DNA from: Bulinus truncatus
Lineage: Eukaryota
Direction of reading: 5' to 3'
DNA: 64,000 bases
Assembly (NCBI GenBank): GCA_021962125.1
Contig: JAGDYQ010000002.1
Coordinates: 20,986,893-21,050,892 of the forward strand
The position numbers were made by a program, and so were the translations under genes. The notes below the pieces were generated by a model. That model did no database searches. It was not told the origin of the DNA and worked only from the letters and a program-made list of their open reading frames with translations. Positions 44,585 to 55,597 of this stretch are shown one piece after another; the stretch's first letter is position 1; every line of letters begins with the position of its first letter.

Positions 44585-44741
44585 TTTGTTGCAGAAACCT
44601 CCGTCAGCATGGGGCGGTTCACTGACAGGAGTTAAAAACTGGGCTCAGGCTCTTCACGTCAGTCAAGAGGAACCTGGTTGTTTTACACTTGGCTCTATTT
44701 GTAGTGAGCTTGTTTACCTTCAGCTGGGATCTAATAAATCT
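44585..44741 (+). CDS. TEP1: TEP1-like exon 52 (LLQKPPSAWGGSLTGVKNWAQALHVSQEEPGCFTLGSICSELVYLQLGSNKS)
   Basis: ORF 44505..44762 frame; acceptor ttttgttgaaaag|; donor TCT|gttagt; phases 2 in and 0 out match the neighbours. Confidence 0.6.
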
Positions 44742-45181
44742 GTTAGTTTTTTTTTTTATTAAATATTTAGTTAGTTTGTATTTAGGTTCATTGTTCCCTC
44801 TAAGCTGATGCGCATGTTTGGGTGCACATGTAACTACAGAACTCTTACATGTTTCATTTAATAGGTCCATATGTTCTGCACAGAAAACTGTCTTTCTCTC
44901 CTTCTAAATAGAGCTCAGCCAATATCTTTACCATAGACAGCATCAGAATATTAGAGGGAACATTAATTAGGTTATAAACTGAAAAATCATTTTTTAATTC
45001 TGAGAATATGTGTAGAAAATCTGCTAAATGAAGGAATTTAGTGTAATCATAATCAACATTTTAATGAATATCTAGATAATTTTTTTTAAGCCACATGAAT
45101 GTCTATTTATATATTTTTTGTACTCCTTGCCAAAATGATTTTTTTTTATTAGCAGCCAGTTAATTTTTTTCTTTTTCATAG

Positions 45182-45361
45182 GAGGCTCTGGTCAACAGTA
45201 AAGTTACAATTTCTCCTGACGATAATGCAATGGAAGTGCCAGGCGTGAAAAGGCCACCAAACTGGGTAAACTGCCTAGCCACCTCCAGTGGCTTAACATT
45301 TGCTGGAGACTCCCTCGGCCAGATATTTATATATGGCCTGGGTCATAAAATGTCTCTCAAG
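45182..45361 (+). CDS. TEP1: TEP1-like exon 53 (EALVNSKVTISPDDNAMEVPGVKRPPNWVNCLATSSGLTFAGDSLGQIFIYGLGHKMSLK)
   Basis: Acceptor ctttttcatag|, donor |gttagg. Confidence 0.8.
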
Positions 45362-45873
45362 GTTAGGCATGGCTATTGGTTTTTAGCTTTCTGACTTTTC
45401 CCATTTTCACTGACAAATTCTATACATTACTTTTTAGCACAATATTTTTTTTCCAGTTACTGTTTACAGTCTTTGATATTACTGATTATCACATACAATT
45501 GTTAACCTGTACTCTCACCCAAAACTGATGTAAGCCAAATACACATTTTGATAAAAATCATCAAGGGGAATAATCCATGAAGTTAAAAAAAATAATAAAT
45601 TAAGGTTTAAACATTAACCCAATTCTAAGTAAATTCACAGGGGAAAAACTTTACCTAACATAAACATTGGTAGGCCATTAAAAATATTCTTACTGGGTCT
45701 TATAAAAACCAAAAGGTAAAAATATTGTGTAATTGTTGGTTTGCTACAGAGTTCAACTCTGTTGTCATGTTAAACAAATCAAAGCAGTTTGTTGTTTCAT
45801 TAGGTATTTTAAAAATATCTTCCCATTATATTTCTTTTATTTTTCCGTTTTTTGTTTCCTTTTTTTGGTTCAG

Positions 45874-45993
45874 ATTCACAAAGCTCCCATTACTTCTGTC
45901 CGGATAAGTAACAATCTGGTTCTGACCAGCTCTCTCGATTGTTCCATCAAAGTCTGGAGTTTCTCATGCCAGGACAGTATTAATATCACTCAG
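45874..45993 (+). CDS. TEP1: TEP1-like exon 54, WD40 (IHKAPITSVRISNNLVLTSSLDCSIKVWSFSCQDSINITQ)
   Basis: ORF 45733..46014 frame; acceptor ttggttcag|, donor |gtgaga. Confidence 0.85.
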
Positions 45994-46089
45994 GTGAGAA
46001 GTAGATTTTGCTAACTGCTAAATTCCTTCATTTTCTTGTTGAGTAAAGGGCCTTTTCTAGGCCCTCAAGCTCTGGAAGAGTAAAGGATG

Positions 46090-46160
46090 AGGGCTGGTCA
46101 TGAGGCTGGTCATGAAGCTGGTCATAAGGGCTGGTCATGAGGCTGGTCATGAGGCTGGCC
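46090..46160. repeat. 12-bp tandem repeat (ggctggtcatga)n x6
   Basis: Direct reading. Confidence 0.85.
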
Positions 46161-46589
46161 AGCAACCATATAAAAAAAAAAACAACTCTCTGCCACCCAT
46201 TGTCTTTTTAACCCACCCAAGCTCTGTCTCATTAAATAATTCATGATTAAGGTTTCAGCCCAATAGATTTTAAATGTTTACCATTTCTAGCCAAGTAACA
46301 TTTTGTTCACTTAAGATTGTTCTACCATTCCCTAAGTGCCATCAGTTTTTTTTTTTTGTATTGTAAATATTTGTCAGTGATGGCTAGCGGTTTCTTATTT
46401 TATAAATACACAGAAAACTAATAAAACTTTATAACACTCCCTTGTAATTGATGAAAATCACTTAATTGAAATATCTATGACATTAATTATCCATTGGTGA
46501 ATAGAAACGAAAAAATGATGTATACACCATAAATTGACACCTTAATTACTTTTCCAGTTGTCAGTTCCACAAACACAACAACCTAACTC

Positions 46590-47182
46590 AGTGGCGTCAC
46601 TAGGGGGGTGCGGGGGGTGCGGACCGCACCGGGTGACACCCTCACAAGGGGTGACACCAAAATGCAAAATATCTAGTTTTAGGCCTATATTCTTATTTTG
46701 TAATTTAAAATAATTCAAAGCCGTATTTAATTTTTAAAAATAAATAAAAATATCTCCGATTATTAACAGCAAATGACTTTATAAGGCTTCGAAAAAAATT
46801 AATGCCAAATATAAAAATATCTCCGATTATTAACAGACACTGCATACTTTTTATTATTAATTATTTTAATGAAATTATTGCATCTCTTAAGGCGAGGAAA
46901 GGGAAGTTCTGATTTAATTGAGATTTAATGTGACATAAAATTTAATGTAAAAATAACAATTAAAAAAGTGACATATTTTCTATTTAGTTTTATTTCTTAA
47001 AATCTTTGACAGATTACAATTTTTTTTAAAGAATTAAAAAATCGACCTTGAATTATTTATTTTTCTATTGTCGTTGTAAATTTATTTATAAATTTTGCTA
47101 AGAATGCTGTATGTCTATGGGGTGTCATGAGAGGGGTGACACCATGAGTTACCGCACCGGGTGACACCAACCCTAGTGACGC
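46590..47182. mobile_element. MITE (~590 bp) with TIR CAGTGGCGTCACTAGGG and G-tract subterminal region; TSD about CCTAAC(T)
   Basis: cagtggcgtcactaggggggtgcggggggtgcggaccgcaccgggtgacacc ... ggtgacaccaaccctagtgacgccactg; internal duplicated aaaatatctccgattattaacag, a motif also at 12565. Confidence 0.75.
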
Positions 47183-47598
47183 CACTGACCTAACTTACTA
47201 ACTTCTTCATTTATTCTGATTCACTACCTCCTTCAATATTAACAAAACATCTTATTCCCCCCTCTTGCTTTTGTGCTCTGTATCCAAGCTGTCGCTAAAA
47301 CTAACTAAACTGTCTTCATCTCCCCTACTTCATCTTGCCCCCTGATTAATTATGTAATATTTAACCCTGCATGCTGTCGGTAGAAAGTATCAGCCCTGAC
47401 CTACTTGCACTGTACTCACAATATTAAATATTTTTAGTTTTTTTCTATAAATCAGGTAAAGTGTTTCATTTAAAAACATAGTTATGTTGTGAAAAAATAT
47501 GGATGAACTGATGAGAGTTTAAATACAATTTTAAAACATTATTTTTAACATGCAGCTATCTTTGTCAACAAAATTGACTATCAATTATTGATTTTCAG

Positions 47599-47736
47599 GT
47601 TGGTCAGTTTTTCTGTCCAGCTCCTGTCTGGACTCTGGAGATAGCCAGTGTGACAGCCAAAAGAACTGCAGTCCACATCACTATTTTGGCTGGAGATCAA
47701 AATGGTAATGTCCAGCAGTTACTCTGGAAGTCCTAG
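47599..47736 (+). CDS. TEP1: TEP1-like terminal coding exon (VGQFFCPAPVWTLEIASVTAKRTAVHITILAGDQNGNVQQLLWKS*)
   Basis: Acceptor gattttcag|; TAG stop at 47734-36; AATAAA polyadenylation signal at 47776. Confidence 0.8.
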   Translation, partial: VGQFFCPAPVWTLEIASVTAKRTAVHITILAGDQNGNVQQLLWKS

Positions 47737-49118
47737 TAGTAAACTCAAATAATACAAGTACAACTTAGTTGGAAATAAATAAATTTCACTGTATTGTTAT
47801 ATTCTTTTGTTGATAATTTCTGTCCAATTTTCTGGGGTCAGATATCTTCCAGGTTTCAACTAAATACATGTAGTTGAATTACATCAATACTATACCTCTG
47901 AATACTACATGTACAGATTTTCTGTGTATTAGCACCCAGTACGAGTTTTAGTTTTTTTTTTTATTGGTGTGATGTTTTGTCACACAATCTACACATTTTA
48001 AATTGAAGTTTTTTTTTTTGGGACGTTGATTTAAAATAATTCACTGTTGCATTTTCTATTATACATGTATAAATATTTTTTTAATGTTAACTTATCTGTG
48101 ATTTGATTGACATGTGATTCTCTGAAAAAAAAAAGTATAATTTATACAGCTTATATGTTTTGCTCTATATGAGTAATTTACATATATTTTACTTATTTTT
48201 TATAATTTTCTCTTTTGTTAATTTTTTCATGTCTTTCTTGGCACAATTTTTATATCACAAATGAAACTACTTTGTTTTCTTCTTGTTACAAATTTGTTTC
48301 ATTCTAAAAATTTTTTCACAATGTGTTTTGGTTAGAATCTAGATAATAGAATGGTTTAATAATCCAGCGATGCTGGACCATTGTTTTCTTCATACTTTAT
48401 CCTTTCAAATGTTGAGCAAACATGAATAATTCTATTTTTATATACAAATCATCAAATGACTTTGAATAAAAGGGAAATAATTCATTTTACCATTATTACT
48501 GAGTTCTTTCCTCCTACATAAATGTTTTATTTTATGGTTGTTCTGAAAAAGAATGATGTTCTTTTAAATGTTAAGATTTTTAATTTAGAATCTTTTAAAT
48601 TGGAAGCATTCCGAATTAAAATTCATGCTGTAGCCAAACTTTCCAAAATACAAGAAATTTATGCTTTTATAAATATCACAGCTCATAAATATACCACAAG
48701 AAAACAAGAAACAAACTAAAAAAAATTAGCACAGAGCTCTTCAGAGGGCTAAGTGACCAACAGGAGCCCCGTCAGAAAAGGGCCCTCTGCCAGTTTTATT
48801 TATGTCACATTTGAGAAGATAATTTATACATCACTGGTAATTATACAATAGTGAGGATAAAATAATTATAAAATATTTTTAAGAATATATTCTCTCATAT
48901 TCATACTGAGACATTGTATAAGTTCTCCAAAAATCTGATAAGGTCTCCCTGAAATCCTGACAAAGTCACCCCAAAAAACTAAGAATAGCTCTTTGAAGTA
49001 TCTTTACCATCTTTAGATTGCAAACCAGTTTGGTCATAGTTAATTCATAAATATAAAATGTGAATGCTGTAAGTGAAAAAAAAGACTGGTTTAAATTTAT
49101 TCATTTTTTTAATTTAAA

Positions 49119-49484
49119 TTAATGCTTAATAAGGAAATCGCTGGGGCTGATAAAACATTTTTGACAAAAACAGGATTCAATTACGGGCAATCGATGGGTC
49201 AGAACGAATGAGTCTTGACACTTGAACTCAACCGGCACAAAATGGTTCACTATAGCAGAGCAGCACCGGCAGTGACCCTGGACCAACGTTTTCTTGATGT
49301 AATCCACATACATCTCTGAACTGGGGCACTCACCCTGGCACATCTCTTGCTTGACAGCCACAGTAGAGGTGCAGTTGTCTATGGTGATCAGGCTGGTCGG
49401 GAGTGTCATCTTGTGGCATTTGTCTTTAGGTACGCAGTCAACGAGGCAGCAACTGTCTTTAGATTTAACCAACTGATGTGTGGT
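49119..49484 (-). CDS. Mucin/SCO-spondin-like terminal exon: C-terminal cystine-knot (CTCK) domain (..CCLVDCVPKDKCHKM..CQGECPSS..HCRCCSAIV..CFCQKCFISPSDFLIKH*)
   Basis: ORF 49119..49577(-); acceptor ttctttcag| at 49485-86; CCx..CxGxC..CxCC cystine-knot spacing. Confidence 0.8.
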   Translation of the reverse strand, partial: TTHQLVKSKDSCCLVDCVPKDKCHKMTLPTSLITIDNCTSTVAVKQEMCQGECPSSEMYVDYIKKTLVQGHCRCCSAIVNHFVPVEFKCQDSFVLTHRLPVIESCFCQKCFISPSDFLIKH

Positions 49485-49643
49485 CTGAAAGAAGTAACAT
49501 GATGCACTTGTCATCAGCCTCGAAAGTGATAGATAAACTTTAAAAAAAAAAATTATGTCATTTAAAATATTGTACAATTATGGCTTACTTTCAATTTTGA
49601 AATGTTTTCAAACATTCTCTAGAAAATAAATTGAAGCAATTAC

Positions 49644-49748
49644 CATATTACACCCTGAAACATCTGGACAGACTTTATTACTTTGCTGGACTCGTCCTCT
49701 GAGGCACAAACAATTTTTACACTTTCCACATGGGAATGTTTCACCTAC
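49644..49748 (-). CDS. Mucin/SCO-spondin-like Cys-rich exon (VGETFPCGKCKNCLCLRGRVQQSNKVCPDVSGCNM)
   Basis: Acceptor ttgccag|, donor |gtaatt; 105 nt, phase 0/0. Confidence 0.65.
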
Positions 49749-50079
49749 CTGGCAAATTATAAATGTAAAACAAAATAAAACATGTTCTGTGACTAATGAA
49801 AAAATAGAGAAAGCACAGAATTCTGGTTTATACAGAAAAAAATAAATTTAATGCATCCGGACCATTTAATTACATAATTTTTATCCAAATATTCAAATAC
49901 ATGTAATATTTATTCTTTAGAAGCCCCCTACATGTAACAATATGCCTTAGTACTCCCCATACATATACTGACTAGAGAATAAAAGTCCATTGCATGCATC
50001 TACTAAGCCAGTGTTTCTCAAACTTTCATCTGTGTTCCCCATTAATTATTATCTTCGTAAATAAACAAAAACTGGCATA

Positions 50080-50200
50080 TTGTTTTCACGGTCTTGGTTT
50101 GCCATGACCGTCTTGGTTTGCTATGACCGTCTTGGTTTGCCATGACCATTTTGGTTTGCCATGACCGTCTTGGTTTGCCATGACCGTCTTTAGCCCGATG
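50080..50200. repeat. 21-bp minisatellite (ccatgaccgtcttggtttg)n x5.5
   Basis: Direct reading. Confidence 0.9.
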
Positions 50201-50722
50201 CAGCGATTACCCCCAACAAACGCTTTGAGTACCCTCTGGTTACACCAGGCATGGCCAACAGTTTTTAGTCACGGGCCGGATTGAAAAAAGAAATTTTTTT
50301 CGCGGGCCAGGCGTAAAAATTACTAAAATTTTAAAAAAAAATGAACAAAATTTTATTATGAAAATATAAATAATGTAACAAATACCTATATATAATAACT
50401 ATAAATTTAACATTATAATAATAAATACAAAAATTTAAAAAAAAATTGAACAAATTTTTATTGAGACTATAAATGATATAACAAATACATAGAAGTATAC
50501 ATATATATATATATATATATATATATGAATAATGATAAATCATAGATAACTTACAGCAAATATCTATACAGAATAATACAAAATAAACATTTTAATAATA
50601 ACAAATATATTATAATAATTAATGAAAAATATTGAGGCGGTTTACCTCGTTTATAATCTTTTTAATGTCAGGTTCAATTTCTGTGGTGGCTAATCTTAAT
50701 ACAGCCTCCAAATGTAAATCAT

Positions 50723-51067
50723 TTAATCTCGACCTTGTAGGACTTTTATTGAAAATGTCTGTTCACAAATATAAGTTGAACTAAATATTACTAAATATTT
50801 TTGGCAAGATTTTTTTAGATTTACATATTTTTTACTATCCAATTGCTTATAAAAATTACACAAATTATCTTCCTCTTCTCGATATTTATCATGCAATAAT
50901 TGATCACACTGTAATTCAATTAATTCTAATTGAATGTCTGGAGAAGCTTCTTCAATATTTGCAGTAAATGGATTTCTAATAAGCGACAATATTTTATCTA
51001 TTCTGTTAAAAAATTCGAATCTGTTTTCAAAATCAAGTCGTAATGCCAGAATATTTTCAGTATACAT
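50723..51067 (-). pseudogene. hAT transposase C-terminal (dimerisation-domain) fragment
   Basis: ..CNFYKQLDSKKYVNLKKSCQKYLVIFSSTYICEQTFSIKVLQ; not in frame with the upstream fragment. Confidence 0.7.
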
Positions 51068-51194
51068 TTGAGCTTTTTCTTTTAAAATTATTGCGGAAAT
51101 GGTCTTTAAGGATGGGAAATGCAGTGCTCCATTTAAGGAACATCTAATCGGTTATAAAAATCATTAAGTTCTGTCTCAGCGTCATGGCCATCAT

Positions 51195-51395
51195 TTGGCA
51201 TGCTTCAATTGGTGTACTATGGCTGAAGTATGACATGATTCAATTGGTGTACTATGGCTGAAATATGACATGCTTCAATTGGTGTACTATGGCTGAAGTA
51301 TGACATGATTCAATTGGTGTACTACGGCTGAAGTATGACATGCTTCAATTGTGGTACTATGGCTGAAGTATGACATGCTTCAATTTTTAAAAATT
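51195..51395. repeat. 35-bp tandem repeat x5.5 inside the hAT element (tcaattggtgtactatggctgaagtatgacatgat)
   Basis: Direct reading; it disrupts the transposase frame. Confidence 0.85.
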
Positions 51396-51915
51396 TGCGA
51401 AGTTCTATAATTTCACGATCTACATACAACATAAGTTCTTCAGATTTTTTTTCGGCCAGTTTAACTTACATAAAACTATCTGCAAACAACCGGACGAGTG
51501 TTATTTACAGAGTTTTTAGCAGAAATAGTGTTGCGTAGTTCAAATCAGCTGATTTTGTCTGTGTTTTTCATCTAATATTTGTAGTAATACTAAAAAATCA
51601 GTTCCATACATTGTGCTAATCTTAAGAAAAAATCAGTGCCGGCGATGAAACAAATTTTCTGCAGAGCCGGGGATAAATGTAATCCCCGGCAGGGATGAAA
51701 TTAATTAAAGCAGAGCCGGGGATGACAGTCCTCAGAGCCGGGGATATCCCCGGCGGTAAATCGAGCACTGGGGAAATGATCAGATTTGCATTCAGCAAGA
51801 TTTGTGGGAAAAAGTTGAAGTTTCATTTTAAAGGCTTTTAATTTCTGCATTAATAAGCAAATAATTTTTTTTCCTTGTAAACTTGTGTTGAATTCGTTTA
51901 AATATGTGAGGATGT

Positions 51916-52365
51916 CTAGAAAGCCAAATCACAAAGCCAATTTGGATCCGTTAATTCAGGAAACTCCTCATTTTCTTTGAGCACTAAAAAAATTCGTATT
52001 TCCTCTTGAAGCTTCCACACACGCTTTAATACCTTTCCCAAGCTCAACCAACGGATTTTATTGTAGTATATTACATCGGAATATGTGGTATTAAGTTCTT
52101 CAAGGAAATCAATGAATTGCCTATGATTTAATCCTTTGGCTCTTAAGAAATTTACTAATTTTACAACTATTATGGTAACATGATCGATTTTAAAAACATT
52201 TTTACATAGGACATGTTGATGAATAATGCAGTGTATTGGTATAATTTTATGATTGAGATCGATTTCGAAAATTTTATGTTCAATGCGTTTAATTACTCCA
52301 ATATTTTTTCCTGTCATGTTTGGTGCTCCGTCTGTTGTAACACTCACCAAATTTTTTCCAGTCAA
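51916..52365 (-). pseudogene. hAT transposase central (DDE/RNase-H-like) fragment
   Basis: MTGKNLVSVTTDGAPNMTGKNIGVIKRIEHKIF..IPIHCIIHQHVLCKNV..WLSLGKVLKRVWKLQEEIRIFL. N-terminal BED/first-D region absent; only about 450 bp remain before the TIR. Confidence 0.7.
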
Positions 52366-52984
52366 TATGGTATTTTAAAAAAACACTTTTCAAATTGAAA
52401 AAAATGGCGGCCGAAGTGATATTAGCAGCAAGTAACAAAATTAATTCTTTTTTAAATTAAGAAAGCAATTGCTTTTTAATGCGATGATAATAAACATCCA
52501 ATAAACGAATTAATATTGCAAATTAACTTCCAAGCGACCAAGTTGTTACTAACAAGTTTGCTACTTACGGAAAGCATTGAATGAACTGGCGTACTCTTCC
52601 ACTTCAAATACATAGATTATAGAGTTTGTAGTGTGATTATAGATAACAAATAAGCACGAAAAGTTTAATTCATATGAAAAACCAGAAATATCTTGAATTT
52701 ACTTGATTAATACTATGTAAGTGTCAGGCAAACGTAAATATTGAAAAATTACTTGCGGGCCGCATAAATTCGGTACGCGGGCCGGATGTGGCCCGCGGGC
52801 TGTATGTTGGCCATGCCTGGGTTACACTGTACTTGGGTAAACATGTCTTAAGAGTAGTAAACCACCAAACGAATATAAATATATCGATATAATAAAATGG
52901 GCATACAGGCATACCTGAATGCAACTAGGAAATTAACAAGAATCTTCATGACTACAATACAGCTGAAATAGCTGTCTATCAAAC

Positions 52985-53178
52985 CTGGAATGTTTTATTG
53001 TTGTATACACAGTCAAGGGAGCAGTTCTCAAGTGGAACACATCGGTTGCCATCCAGAACGAGATGTTTTGGGCAGACACACCCGCCATATACTTGCAGAC
53101 GACATCCAGGCTCTGGCTCCGTCTGACATGTTCTTTGACAGTTGGAATGGTTAGACCAAACCATGTCACCGGGGCAGT
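52985..53178 (-). CDS. Mucin/SCO-spondin-like TIL (trypsin-inhibitor-like) domain exon (CPGDMVWSNHSNCQRTCQTEPEPGCRLQVYGGCVCPKHLVLDGNRCVPLENCSLDCVYNNKTFQ)
   Basis: ORF 52979..53164(-) frame; acceptor tgtacag|, donor |gtttga; phase 1 in, 0 out. Confidence 0.75.
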
Positions 53179-53639
53179 CTGTACAAAAAAAAAGTATTTA
53201 CTAAGTATGAATCTCATTTTAGCTCCAAAACGTATTGTGCTCAAAAACCTCTAATGTAAAGCTGATTAAGCTTAATGCTTTACATACATCCTTCTTATTT
53301 CACAAAGTTAACAAACTACAATCTGGAAAAGAGTAATGGCTACTTGGTAATTCAAATATTTTTCTTTCTAGTATAACCTGTACTAGAGCGCTAGCCACCC
53401 TACTCGACACAAGTTTCAGAATAATTGGATTGTTTCGTCGCCCGGAATCTTCTTAGATCTTATTAGTTTTAACGGTTCGTAGATTTCAGTTTTAAATGTC
53501 AGCGAATCTTACGTCATCTGCCGCTGGCAAGGTTTCATTTTTTGGGCAATTTTACTGCAAGGCCGTGGCGGAAGCTACAAAAAAAAATGGGTAGCCTACA
53601 AATGCATTATAAAAAAAAATATTTATCAGGCTTTTTTAC

Positions 53640-53789
53640 CACAAGATTTTGTAAAACAATCCTCTGACTGACTGCTCGAAAAATCCGGGCAACTAGTGGG
53701 AACCTTGCGTTGTCTGCTTCTTTTTCCCCAGCCACAGCTCGTGGCTGTGCAATTCGTCCATTCTGACCACTGACCTATAACCTCTGAGC
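53640..53789 (-). CDS. Mucin/SCO-spondin-like TSR exon (SEVIGQWSEWTNCTATSCGWGKRSRQRKVPTSCPDFSSSQSEDCFTKSC)
   Basis: ORF 53626..53826(-); acceptor ttcaacag|, donor |gtaaaa; WSxWxxCxxxCGxGxxxRxR signature. Confidence 0.8.
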
Positions 53790-54351
53790 CTGTTGAAGAA
53801 ATGATCTTAAAAACAAAACAAAACATAACATCTTTTAGCTAAATATTTATGTTATAAATCAACTGTCTGAATAATTTCAACCCGAGCTTTTCTTAATGAA
53901 TAGGCAAAAAATAAGCATGCTGCCCAAAGCCCCTTCCGCGTAGTTCACACGGAGCAAGGTTGTCATACTGTCGAAGGGCCCATACTGCTGTTTTGCCAAA
54001 GCGGTTCTTATGACTAAAGGAGCCCTAGGCAGAGATTTTCATAGTCCTGTGGCGTAATTAAGGAGGCACCAAGGTGGGCACTTACTTTGCCTCCAGCAAG
54101 GGGCAGCAACTATTGTATTTTTTGGACAGGGAAAGGGGCTGCATTTTGAAATCCGCCCTGTGCCATTAACGCTAGTTATGCCAGTGTAGGGGGACCCTAA
54201 AATTATATGCCAGGGCCCTCATAGCATTCGATTTGAAATGAATCGGTGAAGGAAGGAGGCCTCCTTGGCAATGGGCACCCGCCTAAAATGCCTGTCCATA
54301 GAAACGATTCTTTAGTTAGTTACAGCTGTTTAATAATTAGGAGTGATGTAC

Positions 54352-54510
54352 ATTGGCAAGTATCACAGTTCTTGGTCTGGACCTCCTCGGGGCAGCTATT
54401 TCCTGTTTCCTGGTCAGGATACAACTTCTGACGGGAGCGCACTCCACTGTTAGAGCGGCTGCAGGCTTCCGCACAGTCGATCCACTCACTCCATTGAAAG
54501 ACATTGCAGC
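54352..54510 (-). CDS. Mucin/SCO-spondin-like TSR exon (CNVFQWSEWIDCAEACSRSNSGVRSRQKLYPDQETGNSCPEEVQTKNCDTCQ)
   Basis: ORF 54320..54532(-); acceptor tgatttag|, donor |gtacat; the junction rebuilds a Cys codon. Confidence 0.8.
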
Positions 54511-54689
54511 CTAAATCACAAGACGTAATCATGTTTTAAAATCTATATATCATAGTTAAAACATCAAGTGTACACAACGTTACTTATGATTATATTTTTT
54601 ATAAGAAGTAAAGTGGCATGACGCTTCCTGTGTTTACAAATAATTTCTATTAGAAAAAAAAAGGGGTAGATCTAACCAACCAAACATAC

Positions 54690-54848
54690 AAGGCTGTGTT
54701 CCACATGGCCTGGTTTCACACTGTCCATTCTGGCAACTCACATCACCACATTGGGCCATCTTACAGGAGCGACACCTACTCTGATGGTAATGTGTACAGT
54801 TGCGTCTGCATGGGGTCCATACGCTCCAGTTATTCCATATTTCTATTT
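54690..54848 (-). CDS. Mucin/SCO-spondin-like TSR exon (IEIWNNWSVWTPCRRNCTHYHQSRCRSCKMAQCGDVSCQNGQCETRPCGTQP)
   Basis: Minus-strand translation antisense to + ORF 54696..54902; acceptor ttaacag|, donor |gtatgt. Confidence 0.75.
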
Positions 54849-55523
54849 CTGTTAATACAACAAACGAATTGTGAATTCAATAGTCTTTATTTCAAAAAGT
54901 GAGAACATTGCGTAGAAAGTAATATAAATATATCAAAGCTGTATGCATAATATCTTAAATTGCTAACTCATTTACTTGCCCGTTTAGATATATGACGTCA
55001 TTAGTACGACAATTTCTGGGCGCTATTTTGGATTTTAATATGACAATTTTTGTTATTTTTAAATAATTTGAATGTTATATGATGTTCTCATTTTTGGCCC
55101 ACCTTATATATATATATATATATCTATACCTATAAGAGGCATTTGCTGTCTGTCTGTCTGTCTGTTCCCTTATAACTCAAGATCCAGATAACCAAATAAT
55201 GTGAGATTTGTTACACATACACATAATTACATGGGGAAGGTTATAGGACAGGTTTCGTTTCATCTCGATGGGTAGTTTAATTGTAATTATTTTTTTTTTA
55301 TTTTAGTATTTTACTATATTAAAGTAATCTCGACGGCGCCATAAATAAAATTCCTCTGTGACGTCATTTCCCGATTCGAATAGAACTTGCGCGCTTGTGC
55401 TGTATTGTGCCTTTGTGATGCAAAGAATTGTTGTTGTTTTTTCATGCTCCCTGATTTGTACAGTTTGAGGAAGATAAAGGAGTGAAGAAGGATTTTAGAA
55501 GAAGTGTGAAGCCATAATAATAA

Positions 55524-55525
<2 letters not shown>

Positions 55526-55560
<35 letters not shown>
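55526..55560. repeat. (TA)n microsatellite
   Basis: Direct reading. Confidence 0.95.

Positions 55561-55597
<37 letters not shown>

Larger units (their letters stand above)
16266..47736 (+). other. TEP1: Gene span: telomerase-associated protein 1 (TEP1/vault component) homologue, ~55 coding exons. Domain order TROVE, DUF4062, NACHT, WD40.
   Basis: Exon chain with canonical GT/AG sites and consistent codon phases. Recognisable domain motifs: TROVE (YMAMLRNL, FRYFSAY), vWA-like (ILLCDIGEGM), DUF4062 ([25 protein letters not shown]), NACHT P-loop (GKPGSGKT) and Walker B (VIFMDGID), about 20 WD40 repeats. Confidence 0.85.
50246..52819 (-). mobile_element. hAT-superfamily DNA transposon (2574 bp), internally deleted and non-autonomous. 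TIRs CAGGCATGGCCAAC.. with subterminal CGGGCC repeats; perfect 8-bp TSD GGTTACAC (50238-45 / 52820-27). Inserted in the intron between the Cys-rich and TIL exons of the mucin-like gene.
   Basis: Left ggttacac|caggcatggccaacag..cacgggccggat. Right atgtggcccgcgggctgtatgttggccatgcctg|ggttacac. Internal ORFs 51916..52365(-) (TTDGAPNMTGKNIGVIKRIE..IHCIIHQHVL) and 50723..51067(-) ending CEQTFSIKVLQ, the hAT dimerisation CExxFS motif. Confidence 0.85.
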
